NCBI GenBank assembly: GCA_038207335.1
Contig: JBBQZX010000012.1
Location: forward strand, 72,646-136,645
Direction of reading: 5' to 3'
DNA: 64,000 nucleotides
Source of the DNA: Chthoniobacterales bacterium
GTDB lineage: Bacteria > Verrucomicrobiota > Verrucomicrobiia > Chthoniobacterales > Chthoniobacteraceae
Part shown: piece after piece, positions 48,380 to 58,298 of the stretch
Layout: every line of letters starts with the position of its first letter
How positions within the stretch are numbered: the stretch's first letter is position 1
Translations under genes and position numbers: made by a program
Notes under the pieces: generated by a model
Told to the model about the DNA's origin: nothing
Seen by the model: the letters and a program-made list of their open reading frames with translations, nothing else
Databases searched by the model: none

Positions 48380-49036
48380 ATGCGATTCGCCCTCCGCTCC
48401 GCACTGCTCGCGATGCTCGGTCTGGCCAGCGCGGTTTTCGCAGCGGAACCGAAAGCGGTGAATGGCGAGGAGGGCGCCATCAATGCCGGGATCGAAGCGC
48501 CGGGTGGTTGGGCGCCGCCGATGCTCAAGATGGAGAAGCTGAAGACGATCAGGATCGAGGAGTTTTGCCGCACGTTTAAGGACGCGGCGAAGTACCGGGA
48601 GTTCTTCGTGGCAGCGGGCGCGAAGTATCGCATCAACCCGACGTTGCTCGCGGCCATCGCCATGGAGGAGAGCCACTGCGATCCTGGTGTGGGCGATAGT
48701 GGCAATCCCGCGAATGCGGGCGGCATCATGCAGATCCAGGGGCAGGACGAAAAGGGCTCCAGCGATCCCGCGACGAATGTGATGCAGGGCGCGCGGGAGC
48801 TGCGCAAGCACTTGGACGAATCCCATGGCAATGTGTTGGAGGCGGTGGGCAGCTATAACGGCTGGCAGCGCGGCCTCGTAGTAAAGACGATGATCCACCC
48901 GCCGTGGGGCGGCGCGTCGATGAATCTCGACTACGTCCACCAGGTGGTGAACGGCTGGTGCCAGGGGGTGGATGGCTACAACATCGGGAGCTTCAACAAA
49001 AAGTACAACCCGAAGTTCGGAGAGCAATTCCGCTAG
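48380..49036 (+). CDS. Secreted lytic transglycosylase / lysozyme-like protein (SLT, GH23)
   Basis: Signal peptide; YRINPTLLAAIAMEES (catalytic ES), GGIMQI, DPATNVMQGARELR, AVGSYNG. Confidence 0.88.
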   Translation: MRFALRSALLAMLGLASAVFAAEPKAVNGEEGAINAGIEAPGGWAPPMLKMEKLKTIRIEEFCRTFKDAAKYREFFVAAGAKYRINPTLLAAIAMEESHCDPGVGDSGNPANAGGIMQIQGQDEKGSSDPATNVMQGARELRKHLDESHGNVLEAVGSYNGWQRGLVVKTMIHPPWGGASMNLDYVHQVVNGWCQGVDGYNIGSFNKKYNPKFGEQFR

Positions 49037-49655
49037 AGCCTGTACGGCACTTTGTGATGCTTAAGCTGTACAAATAATATAAGGTTTTGGCATACGCTTG
49101 CGATGCCAAGAAAATACGTGATGTAAGTCAGGAAGAGTGGGAGTTTTGCGCGCCTTATTTGAAGTTTTCGCTAAAGTGCCAACTAGCCTCTAGGAGAGTC
49201 GGCCAGTGCGGTTGACCGGCCGTGTCAGGAGTCGAAAAGCGCAAGCACGGGCGACCTTCTTCTCGCCCTGAGCCCCGCCTCCGGCCCCGCGCGCTGGAAG
49301 CATCGCCGCAGCCCTCTGCTCTCGGATTCGCTCGTCTTACAAAGGCTCTTAAGGTAAAGAGTGGCCGCTTCCCGGATTCCGCATGGCCATTCCACCGGCT
49401 CATCAAAACCAGCATCATCTCCAAAGGCTCACTTGGATCGCGCCTGGCTCATACCGCGATTATTTTTTCCCAAAACATGGCGCAATAAGCTCCCCAGCTC
49501 GATTTTTCGCAAAAGGGCAGCATCTACCCCAGAAACATGCTCCCTTCCTCTCCGTGAAAAAACGCGCCTCTTCGCCGGCACCATGTCGCCATCCACTGGC
49601 ATATCTCGCGAGACCGCTCACCGCAGTCTCGCCTCCTTGTCCCATCTTCACCGCT

Positions 49656-51014
49656 ATGAAATTCACCCTCCTCTTCCTTCTCGCCCTTTCGCCCTTCGCC
49701 CTTGCGCAAGAACCCGTGGGTGATGGCAAAGCCGACGACACCGCCGCCATCCAAAAACTGATCGACACTAACGGCAGCGTTTATCTCGTCAAAGGCACCT
49801 ACCGCCTCACCGCGACGCTGAACGTCGACTTGGACAAGACCGGCTTCGCTGCGCTCACCGGCGATGGCACCGCCCGTCTGCTCATGGCCGCGGAGGGCCC
49901 CGCGATTCATTTCATCGGCACGCACGCCGGCTCCGCGGCCCCGAGCAGCTTCAAGCCCGAAGTCTGGGAGCGCCAGCGCTCGCCCATGGTCGAGGGGATC
50001 GAAATCGTGGGCGCGAATCCCGCCGCCGACGGCATTGAAGCGACTGGCACGATGCAACTCACCCTTCGCGCCGTCGTCGTGCGCGAGTGTCGCCACGGCG
50101 TCCACCTCACCAAGCGCAATCGCAACATTATCATCGACGCCTGCCACCTCTACCACAATTCCGGCGCCGGCGTGTTCTACGATCACGTGGACCTCCACCA
50201 GTCCAACATTGTCGGCAGCCACATCAGCTACAACGGCGGCGGAGGGGTGGTTTCGATTGGCGGTGCCGTGCGCAACGTGCAAATCGGCACCTGCGACATC
50301 GAAGCCAATCACCGCGCGGACGGCCCGCCTTCTGCCAACGTGCTGCTCGATTCCACCGGCGGCTCCATCGGCGAGGTCGCCATCACTGGCTGCACGCTCC
50401 AGCACACCAACAAAGCGCCCAACTCCGCCAACATCCGCATTCTCGGCGCCGGCACCGACCCTGGCCTCGAGCGCCGCGGTGCCGCCACCGCCACGCGCGA
50501 AGGGAACATCACCATCAGCGCTAATATCTTCAGCGATATCCAGGTGAGCATCGATATCCAGCAGGCCCGCGGCATCACCATCACCGGCAATACCTTTTGG
50601 GAGGGCTTCCAGCACGACCTCATCATCACCCAAAGCAGCTACGTCGTGGTGAGCGGGAATAACTTCGACCGCAACCCCCGCTATCTCGTCAACGGCTTCC
50701 AGGGCGCCGAGAAAAACGGCATCGTCCTCCGCGACTGCGAAGACTGCAGCGTCAACGACAACATCATCGGCGGCGTCCTGAAAAAACGCGCTGCCGTGGA
50801 CGTCGAATCCTGCCGCCGCCTCCGCATCACCAACAACAGCATCCTCGACAGCGACGGCCCCGCCCTCCGCCTCGAAAAAGTCACCGCCAGCATCATCACC
50901 GGCAACCTCCTCCGCGACGATCGCGCCCCCGACGTGCGCAGCAAAGAACCATCCTTGGTCACGATCGATTGCCACGACAATCTCATCGACCTTAACCAAC
51001 TCGGCACTCGCTAG
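49656..51014 (+). CDS. Secreted right-handed parallel beta-helix (pectin-lyase fold) protein
   Basis: Signal peptide; VGDGKADDTAAIQ..KGTYRL; repeated ITITGNTF / VVVSGNNF / IITGNLL coils. Confidence 0.88.
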   Translation: MKFTLLFLLALSPFALAQEPVGDGKADDTAAIQKLIDTNGSVYLVKGTYRLTATLNVDLDKTGFAALTGDGTARLLMAAEGPAIHFIGTHAGSAAPSSFKPEVWERQRSPMVEGIEIVGANPAADGIEATGTMQLTLRAVVVRECRHGVHLTKRNRNIIIDACHLYHNSGAGVFYDHVDLHQSNIVGSHISYNGGGGVVSIGGAVRNVQIGTCDIEANHRADGPPSANVLLDSTGGSIGEVAITGCTLQHTNKAPNSANIRILGAGTDPGLERRGAATATREGNITISANIFSDIQVSIDIQQARGITITGNTFWEGFQHDLIITQSSYVVVSGNNFDRNPRYLVNGFQGAEKNGIVLRDCEDCSVNDNIIGGVLKKRAAVDVESCRRLRITNNSILDSDGPALRLEKVTASIITGNLLRDDRAPDVRSKEPSLVTIDCHDNLIDLNQLGTR

Positions 51015-51047
51015 CGCCTGTAACGGCATTTGTGCTCGAACAGTTCC

Positions 51048-51132
51048 GAGGGCCAAGGGCCCGAAAACAAGCCAGCCCAGGACAACGCCCTAGGTCAACG
51101 AAGTTAGAAGATCAATACCCTGAAGGGGCCGG
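51048..51132. repeat. REP-like element
   Basis: GGGCCAAGGGCCC, AGCCCAGGACAACGCCCTAGG and CCCTGAAGGGGC short hairpins, an arrangement I recall from REP-type repeats. Confidence 0.5.
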
Positions 51133-51378
51133 ACAAAAAGTGCCGTACAGCCTCTGGAGCCGTTTATCGAAAAGCATCGCCGCCGTCCTTCTGGGTCAGC
51201 ACCGAAGCGAGCGGCGCGAGCTACGGCTACGTTGCCGCGGGCCGGCCGGGATTCACGGAACCGACCGACACAGTTGGTGCAAGCGCGCTAAAATAATTCT
51301 CCCTGAGCCCACCCTTCACTTCCACTTTGGTTCGCTGCCTGGTGCTCGGATTGCTCACGTCTGCCGCGACGCTGGTGT

Positions 51379-52437
51379 TCACATCACCTCGCTCAGCCTC
51401 ACTTCGCGGCCGAGTTCCAGCGAGCGCTTCGCGGCCTCCAGCCCGGCGATGACTTCCACTTCCTCTTCGACGGGCACCGACTCCTTGCCGGTGATTACGA
51501 GATCGAGAAATGCCTCCAGCAGATAGGCGTAGAGATCCTTCAAATCCGGCGTGACGCTGCGCCAGCCTTTTTCGCCGTAGAGATTGATCTGGTAGCCGGC
51601 GCGCATGGCTTCCTTCTCAGCGACCATGAGCACGACATCGCGGTGATCTCCAAAGCGAATCCGCGCGATGTTGCGGCCGGGTTGGCCGACATTGATCGCG
51701 CTCACAGCTCCTTTGCCGAGCACGGCATAGATCATCGAGAGCGCGTGGATGCCGTAATAGACGAGTTCATTGCCGCAGACTGCGCTGGCGAGATGCACGG
51801 CGCCGAGTTGCGGCAGTTCGTTGCGCAGTTTGATGATGTCGGGCACGAAGCGCAGGCTGCTGGCGGACATGAAGCGCGTATTCGGCTCGCGCACAAGTTT
51901 GGCGACGGCGGCGGCCTCGCGCGCGGTCAGTGCGAGCGGTTTGTCGCAGAAAGTGGGCACGCCTTTGCGCAGCGAATGTTCCGCGTATTTCCACTGCGCG
52001 CCGCTGCCGTCGTCGGCGATGAGCACCGCGTCCACACCTTCGCTGCACTGCTCCGGCATGTCGGTCACCGTCTCGATGCCGCAGACGTCGGCCAGAGCGC
52101 GGGCGGCGTCTTTATCGGGGTCCCAGATTTCCACCACGCGCGCTCCTTCGAGCCTGCGGCCGGACTTGACGAAGGTGCCTTTGATCGCCGTCGCCTTCTC
52201 TTCATCCCAGCCGTTGAGGGTGGTGGCAAAGGCAGTCCCGTGGTTCGATCCGGGGGTGCGCATCTGGCCCGGCATCCCGTGGGTGGCGGCGGAAACAAGC
52301 GCGAGCTTGAGCGGGGCGGCGGCGGCTTGAGCGCGCCCGATGATCGGAAGCCCGACGACGGCGGTGGCGGCGACGGCGGCGGCAGAGTGGCGAACAAAAG
52401 CGCGACGGTCGATCGAGAAAGGATGTGGATCGTCCAT
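51379..52437 (-). CDS. Tat-exported Gfo/Idh/MocA family oxidoreductase
   Basis: DRRAFV Tat motif; VDAVLI; GVPTFCDKPLA; MSASSLRF; YYGIHA. Confidence 0.85.
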   Translation of the reverse strand: MDDPHPFSIDRRAFVRHSAAAVAATAVVGLPIIGRAQAAAAPLKLALVSAATHGMPGQMRTPGSNHGTAFATTLNGWDEEKATAIKGTFVKSGRRLEGARVVEIWDPDKDAARALADVCGIETVTDMPEQCSEGVDAVLIADDGSGAQWKYAEHSLRKGVPTFCDKPLALTAREAAAVAKLVREPNTRFMSASSLRFVPDIIKLRNELPQLGAVHLASAVCGNELVYYGIHALSMIYAVLGKGAVSAINVGQPGRNIARIRFGDHRDVVLMVAEKEAMRAGYQINLYGEKGWRSVTPDLKDLYAYLLEAFLDLVITGKESVPVEEEVEVIAGLEAAKRSLELGREVRLSEVM

Positions 52438-52452
52438 GATGGGTAGCGTGCG

Positions 52453-53540
52453 TCAGTTGCTGATCGGTTGCGAGATGCGGAGGTAGGCGAAGAAGTCGCG
52501 GAGTTGCTGTTCACTCAGACCTTCGAGCACGCCTTCGGGCATGAGGCTGCGGCCCATCGGCTGCACGTCCTTGATTTCCTGGGCGGTGATCGTCACGTCC
52601 TGGCCGTCGAGCCCGCGCAGCACGGTGACTTGATTGTCGCGATCCACCTGGAATCCGCTGAGCGTCCGCCCATCCTTGGTCTCCACGCTGATGAACTGGA
52701 AACCCTCGCGAATTTCGGCGTTGGGATTGACGATATCGTGCCGAGGTTGTCGCGCTGGTAGTTCGTCAGGTCGGGGCCGACGTTGCCGCCTTTGAAGAAG
52801 AGCTTGTGGCAGCTCGCGCAGCGTTCCATGAAGACCGCTTCGCCGGCGTAGGGATTGCCCGTGCCGCGCTCCAAAGCCGTCTCCACCTCGGCGAGCTTTT
52901 TCTGGAAGTCGAAGCCCGTCGCGGTCTTGGGGAAAAGCTTCGCCGCCGGGTCGCTGATGGTTTTGTCGCGCTGCGCCCGCAGTTGATCGGCCACGTCGTT
53001 GGGCACGAGCGAGAGGCTCAATTTCCCCGATTGCAATTCGGTCAGGAGCGCTCGCGTCCACGGCGCGCGGCTGCTCAGCAGCGTAAAGGCCGCTGGGCGC
53101 ACTTCGGCGGGAAAATTCGGCAGGGCTTCCAGCGTTTTGGTCGCGATGATTTCATCGTCATAAGCGCCTAGCGAGGCGAAGGCGGCTTTGCTCAACGTGG
53201 CGTTCTTTTCGCCCACGGCGAACTTCAGCAGCACGGGCACGGCGTCGGCGCTGCGCACTTCGCCAAAGGTGCGCGTAGAGCAGGCGGTCGTCGAGCTTCG
53301 CCTTGGGATTGAGCACGATGCCCAGCGCTTCTTTGACCGCGACGGTGTCACCCTGCCGCAAGCGCAAGGAGAGCGAAGCGCCGCCCGAAGTCGCCATCGC
53401 GGTGACGAGTTCCTCCGGCAAGCCCGTCATGGTGCGCCCTCGATACGCTTCCTCGAAGCCTTTCATCAATTGCGCCGCGTCCTTGGGCGTGGGCGCGAAG
53501 CGCAGCATTTGCGCGATGCGCATGAAGAGACGACGCAATT
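52453..53540 (-). pseudogene. 5'-truncated, frameshifted PVC-type membrane-bound dehydrogenase / heme-binding protein (C-terminal part)
   Basis: Three overlapping frames join into HEAT-like repeats, GEAVFMERCASCH..VGPDLT, then IVNPNAEIREGF..SLMPEG..RDFFAYL; shifts near 53275 and 52735. Confidence 0.8.
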
Positions 53541-53584
53541 GAAACTTTCATCCATCACGCACGAGGCCCTGGCGTCAAATGCAC

Positions 53585-56203
53585 CTACTGCCGCAGGAAT
53601 TCCACCCACATCACGTCCAGCACGCTTCCCGCGGGAGCGTCGAGCGTCACCCGCACCTGCTGCTGGGCGGCGTCGGTGCTGGCTGGCGGTATGGGAAAGA
53701 TGTAGTCCGTTGGCTGCCGGCTGCCGGCTGGGCCGGGCGGCAGGTCTTGTTGAGCCAGTTCCTGTTCGCCGGCAGAGATGCGGATCGTGAGCGGGGCGTT
53801 GCCCTGCGGCCAGCCGCTGAGTTTGATCCGCGCGAAGTCCTGCACCCGGATGCGGTCGAAGCCGATCCAGCCGCCGGGTTGAATGCGGGCCACGAGCCCG
53901 CCCTGGTCGAGGTTATCCTGCGCGGCGGCGTTTTCGCTGTGGTCGAAACACGCGGCGCGCTGGCGCCGGCTGCGCAACATGACTTCGGCGGAGCCCCGCA
54001 GCGGAGGCAGCGCGCCCGCGCCTTTGTCCGTGGTGCTGGCGGTCAGGAGCATCACGGTATTGTCGGCGCGGCCAAAGCCGCCTCTCGCTTCCGGCACGGC
54101 GGCCTTGCCCTCGGCGGCGGCGGGCAGCGTGGTGATCTGACGCTGCGCGAGGGAAAGCACCCAGTCCACCATCAGCGCCGCTTCGGCGGGTTTGTGCTGC
54201 GGATGCGGCGGCATCGGCAGCGTGCCCCACACGCCGTTTCCGCCGCTGATGACTTTGGCCTGCAACTTCTCCCTCGCGCCGGGATCCGCCGCATATTTCG
54301 CCGCCACCGCCGCAAAGGGCGGACCCGCGCTTTGCTCCGTCGTGTTGTGGCACGCGAAACAGGTGGTGCGCTTCATCAGGGCGAGACCGGGATGCGTGTC
54401 CTCCGCATTGGCGCGGTCGCGTTTTTCCAGTTGAATCAGGAGGCGCTCCGGCGGCACCGCGCCGTCCTCGGCGTCTGTAGCGCTGACGCTCCAAGCAATT
54501 TCTTTTCCGTCGATAAATCCGCCGTCCAGCGGCGCGGCAAACTTCACTTGGGGCGCTTCGTTGCCGGCGGCGATATTCACCACCGCAGTCGCCGCGGCAC
54601 CCTGCGGGTCAGTGACCGTGAGCGTCACGGGCCACACGCCCGCTGTCGTGAAAATGTGCGTGGCCTTCACTCCGTCCGCCCTTTTCCCGTCACCAAAATC
54701 CCACGCGAACTTCAGGTCTCCGCCGTCTGCATCCCGCGAGGCTGTCGCGTCGAATGCCGCCTCCAGCGGCAGCTTGCCCGCCGTGCGGTTCGTGCTGAAG
54801 AGAGCCTGCGGCGGGCGATTTCCGCGGCGGAAGGTCACGCGCGTGATCTGGCTTTCCGTATTGCCCGTCCACCGGTCACCTTCCTCCGCGAGGTAGAGGG
54901 CACCGTCCGGCCCGATCTTGAAATCGGCGACCCGCTTGAAGGTCAGCCCTTCCAGCACGCGCTCCGCTTTCAGCAGATTACCCGTGTCGTCGAAACGCGC
55001 CGCCGCCACCCAATTGCGCATCCATTCTCCGAAAAGATAAGCGCCTTCCCACTCATCCGGCAGCCGGGATTCCCCGGCGGTTTCCGGCTTCCGATAAAAC
55101 ACGCCGCCGATGATGCTGCGCCCGCCACTGCCGACGAACGGCCACTCCTTCGAGGCGAGATTGTTGTAGTAAAATGCTGCCGGACGGGCGGGCGGCAGTT
55201 CCTTCAGTCCCGTGTTGAACTGGCTGTCGTTGACGATTTTCGCGGAATCGAAAAAGCCCCCGGCCGGCTTTAGCGTCTTCGGATCGTAGGGCCGCCACGG
55301 CAGATTCGGACCGGCGACAAACGGCCACCCGAAGAAACCCGGTTCGCGCGTCGCGTTCAACTCGTCGAAGCCCTCCGGGCCCAGATCCAGTTCAGTGCGG
55401 ACATTCGCACCCACATCGCCCCAGACGACGAGGCCGGTTTTCGCGTCGGCCGTGACGCGAAACGGATTGCGCACGCCGAAGGCGAACACCTCCGGCCGCC
55501 CCTGCGCCGCGCCCGTGAAGAGATTCCCGGCAGGAATGCCATAGCTGCCGTCGGGCTTGGGCGTGATGCGCAAAATCTTCCCGCGAAGCTCCTGGGAATT
55601 TCCCGCCGTCCCGCGCGAATCGCGCCCCTGATCGTTCGGGTGAACCGCCGGCACGTCCTGCGGCCCCATATTGTCGCCCACTCCGATGAGCAGATTGCCG
55701 TGCGCATCCCACGCCAGCCCCGCGCCGCAGTGATACTGGTCGCGGCCTTTGCCGAGCGGAATCTCCAGCACCGTCCGTTCGTCCGTCAGCTTTTCCCCAG
55801 CGAGCGTGAACCGCGCAAGCACCAGCCGCGCCGCCTCCTGCGCAGGAACGCGGATCGTGTAAACCTGCCCGCTCTTCTCAAAATCCCGCGCCAGCGTCAG
55901 ACCGAGCGCACCCGCATCCCCCGCCGTTGAGGCCGGAAAATCGCCGAGCGTCACCGTGCGCCGCGAGGTCGGCTCCCACATTTTCACCGTGCCCTTCCGC
56001 TCGATGAAGAACACCCGCCCGTCGGCGGCGATGTCCAGTTGCAGTGGGTCGCTCAACCCCGACGCCAGCGCTTCCTTTTCAAAGCGGGACGCATCCTGCG
56101 CGAGACAAGTGGACGACAGTAGGCAACCGACCAGCAGCGGAAAAAGACAGCTCGCAAATTCCCAATGTCTCAGGTTGCCGACTGTCAAAACCTTACTCTT
56201 CAT
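53585..56203 (-). CDS. PQQ-dependent sugar dehydrogenase-like (GSDH) beta-propeller with PKD, cytochrome c and CBM6-like domains
   Basis: DGRVFFIERKG; LRGKILRITP; FGVRNPFR; GNRPP..FDATASRDADG..WDFGDG (PKD); CFACH..GVWGTLPMPPHP. Confidence 0.85.
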   Translation of the reverse strand: MKSKVLTVGNLRHWEFASCLFPLLVGCLLSSTCLAQDASRFEKEALASGLSDPLQLDIAADGRVFFIERKGTVKMWEPTSRRTVTLGDFPASTAGDAGALGLTLARDFEKSGQVYTIRVPAQEAARLVLARFTLAGEKLTDERTVLEIPLGKGRDQYHCGAGLAWDAHGNLLIGVGDNMGPQDVPAVHPNDQGRDSRGTAGNSQELRGKILRITPKPDGSYGIPAGNLFTGAAQGRPEVFAFGVRNPFRVTADAKTGLVVWGDVGANVRTELDLGPEGFDELNATREPGFFGWPFVAGPNLPWRPYDPKTLKPAGGFFDSAKIVNDSQFNTGLKELPPARPAAFYYNNLASKEWPFVGSGGRSIIGGVFYRKPETAGESRLPDEWEGAYLFGEWMRNWVAAARFDDTGNLLKAERVLEGLTFKRVADFKIGPDGALYLAEEGDRWTGNTESQITRVTFRRGNRPPQALFSTNRTAGKLPLEAAFDATASRDADGGDLKFAWDFGDGKRADGVKATHIFTTAGVWPVTLTVTDPQGAAATAVVNIAAGNEAPQVKFAAPLDGGFIDGKEIAWSVSATDAEDGAVPPERLLIQLEKRDRANAEDTHPGLALMKRTTCFACHNTTEQSAGPPFAAVAAKYAADPGAREKLQAKVISGGNGVWGTLPMPPHPQHKPAEAALMVDWVLSLAQRQITTLPAAAEGKAAVPEARGGFGRADNTVMLLTASTTDKGAGALPPLRGSAEVMLRSRRQRAACFDHSENAAAQDNLDQGGLVARIQPGGWIGFDRIRVQDFARIKLSGWPQGNAPLTIRISAGEQELAQQDLPPGPAGSRQPTDYIFPIPPASTDAAQQQVRVTLDAPAGSVLDVMWVEFLRQ

Positions 56204-56283
56204 CGTAGATCGACGCGAGCGTCTCTATTTCGGCGATGCAGCGAAGTTTCATGCGAATGCGGAGGTGATGAGTGACTCAGCGC

Positions 56284-57620
56284 TCACGGAGTCTTTGGTA
56301 TGGTGGGTAACTTTATCACAGCGTCGAACGCAGGCTTGGGTTTGCTTTCGGTGTCGAACAAGAGCGGCCTGCCTTGGGGGCGCCAGGAGTTGCCGTCGTT
56401 TGGTCCCCAGAAGGTGACGAGTTTCACGGCATCCCGGTGTTTGATGAACGCGCGGAAGATGCCTGCATAAGCTGCGGACAATTTCTTGTCTGCTTCCTCT
56501 ACGAGTCCGCCCTGGGTGGCTGCGGTATTGCCAGCGATGTCGGCTCCGGTGTTGCGCTGGCCGCCGGTGGCGCTGTTTATATCCAGCTCCGTGACGTGGA
56601 TCGGGAGACCTAGCGCGGCGATCTCCGTCAGGCATTGGTCCATCTTCTCGAAGTTAATGGAGACATTCAGGTGGGCTTGCGTCCCGATGGCATTGATAGG
56701 CACCTTTTTCTCCTGCAATGACTTGATCAGCTTGATGAGCTTTTCGCGCTTGCCGGGGTTTTCCAATCCGTAGTCGTTATAGCGGAGAATGGCGTCGGGA
56801 TCCGCCTCGTGGGCGTATTCGAAGGCTTTCTCGATAAAGTCCGGGCCGATGATGACCGACCACGGGGACTTCCGCAGGACATCCGGTCCGCCGTCTGCGA
56901 TGGCCTCATTCACCACGTCCCAGACTTTGACCGTCCGACGACGGTGTGGATGTGCTCGCGCATCCGCTCAAGCAGTTCCTCGCGGGACGCGCGGGGGCCA
57001 TCGAGATTGAAGCCTCGGCCTCCGCCGAATCCGGGACCACCCCCTCCACCGGGGCCGCGGCCTGGCCCGCCAATTCCGGGTGCATTAGGACTCGCGGGCG
57101 GAGCCCCATCTACGGGTGGCGGAGGAGCTGCGCCTTCCTTTGCTGCGGGTGTCGTCTCGGCGGCAGGCTTGTCCGCAGGTGGAGTGGCGGTCGCGCCGGG
57201 AGGCAGATGTGTGCCTTCAAAAACCCAGGCTGGCGTCTGGCTATGCCACACGAGCGTGTGCCCCACCAGTTCCATATTGTTGGCCTCGCCAAACTCCACA
57301 AAGGCATCCGCCGCCGCGAAATCGTAGCCATCTTTTCCCGCCCGCGGGTGAAGCGATCCCCACTTCATCTCATTCTCGGGGACCACCTGGTTAAACTGTG
57401 CTTTCACCAAGGCGATGTCTGCCGCGACTTGCTCCGGGGTGCGCCGGAAACCCCGGCCCGAAGTGATGGCGCGGCTGATCGCCGTTCCGATTTTGAATTG
57501 ATCCTTGTAGGCATCCTTCAACGTGGCGGGCTTCTCGTCTGCCGACGCATCGAGAGCGGCGAAAGCAAACAGACTGGCCGTGAGTAGGCAGAGACGATGG
57601 GAGAGTTTTGGTGAATTCAT
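56284..57620 (-). pseudogene. GH10 endo-1,4-beta-xylanase split by a frameshifting deletion
   Basis: ENEMKW, GHTLVWHSQTP, HIHTVVGR in one frame; KVWDVVNEA, YNDY, GTQAH, HVTELDI, VTFWG in another; the usual YKGK linker is missing near 56930. Confidence 0.85.
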
Positions 57621-57678
57621 TTGAAGTAAAGCTGCAAGGTTTCGGCGAGGTAGCGCCGGGCGTTCATCCTGCATGATC

Positions 57679-58296
57679 TCAGGGTGCCTGCTTGACCTTC
57701 ACGCCCTTCAACGGAGCGCCCGACTTGTCCGTCAAGCGCATCGCTCCCTGCCAGCTATTCTGCTGGTTGAGAACCTTGAACACGATGACGTTGAGACCCT
57801 TTTTCAGGGTGACCCTCCCTTTGTCGCCGTCGAGTTCCAGCGTGCGGGCATCGGCGAACGCGTAGATGTCCACGCCATTGAAGTAGATGCGCGCCTGGTC
57901 GTTGCTACCCACCGCCATCGTCACATCGGGGATGTCCTGTTCGCACTCGAGGTAGGTGACCATGTAGCCGGCCGCCTGATCGTTAATGGATTTCAGAATG
58001 GCGTTGAAATCAAAGGAGTTGGTTGCCGTAGTAACGTTCTTCCAGACCAGTTCCTTGTTGTTGATCTTGATCGTGTCGCCCTCTTTCGGCTTCAGCGCGG
58101 CCTCGTTCTTGACCTGATCCTTAAGAAGCAGATCAGCCAAGGCACCGCCTTCGGGCAGGGCAATCGGGGCGAGCATGACCCAGTCCCGGACATAGCCCGC
58201 CGGGTCGAGACTTAAGGTATCGGCCGCAGCGGCGTTCGAGATAGACAGATCTAAGAGGCCAACCAATCCAATGATGGAGCAGAAGTGTTTTTTCAT
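57679..58296 (-). CDS. Secreted hypothetical beta-sandwich protein
   Basis: Signal peptide; GYVRDWVMLAP..GSNDQARIYFNG..VTLKKGLNVIVFKV, a pattern seen in accessory domains of PVC carbohydrate enzymes. Confidence 0.7.
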   Translation of the reverse strand: MKKHFCSIIGLVGLLDLSISNAAAADTLSLDPAGYVRDWVMLAPIALPEGGALADLLLKDQVKNEAALKPKEGDTIKINNKELVWKNVTTATNSFDFNAILKSINDQAAGYMVTYLECEQDIPDVTMAVGSNDQARIYFNGVDIYAFADARTLELDGDKGRVTLKKGLNVIVFKVLNQQNSWQGAMRLTDKSGAPLKGVKVKQAP

Positions 58297-58298
58297 GG

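Larger units (their letters stand above)
49036..51154. mobile_element. Possible non-autonomous unit bounded by 18 bp inverted repeats
   Basis: GAGCCTGTACGGCACTTT (49036-49053) versus the reverse complement of 51137-51154, GAGGCTGTACGGCACTTT; a third degenerate copy at 51014-51034; no transposase. Confidence 0.4.

Noticed and set aside
49054..49650. Possible ncRNA or small genes in the 600 bp gap
   Set aside because: No recognisable RNA family motif or convincing ORF; a covariance-model search would be needed.
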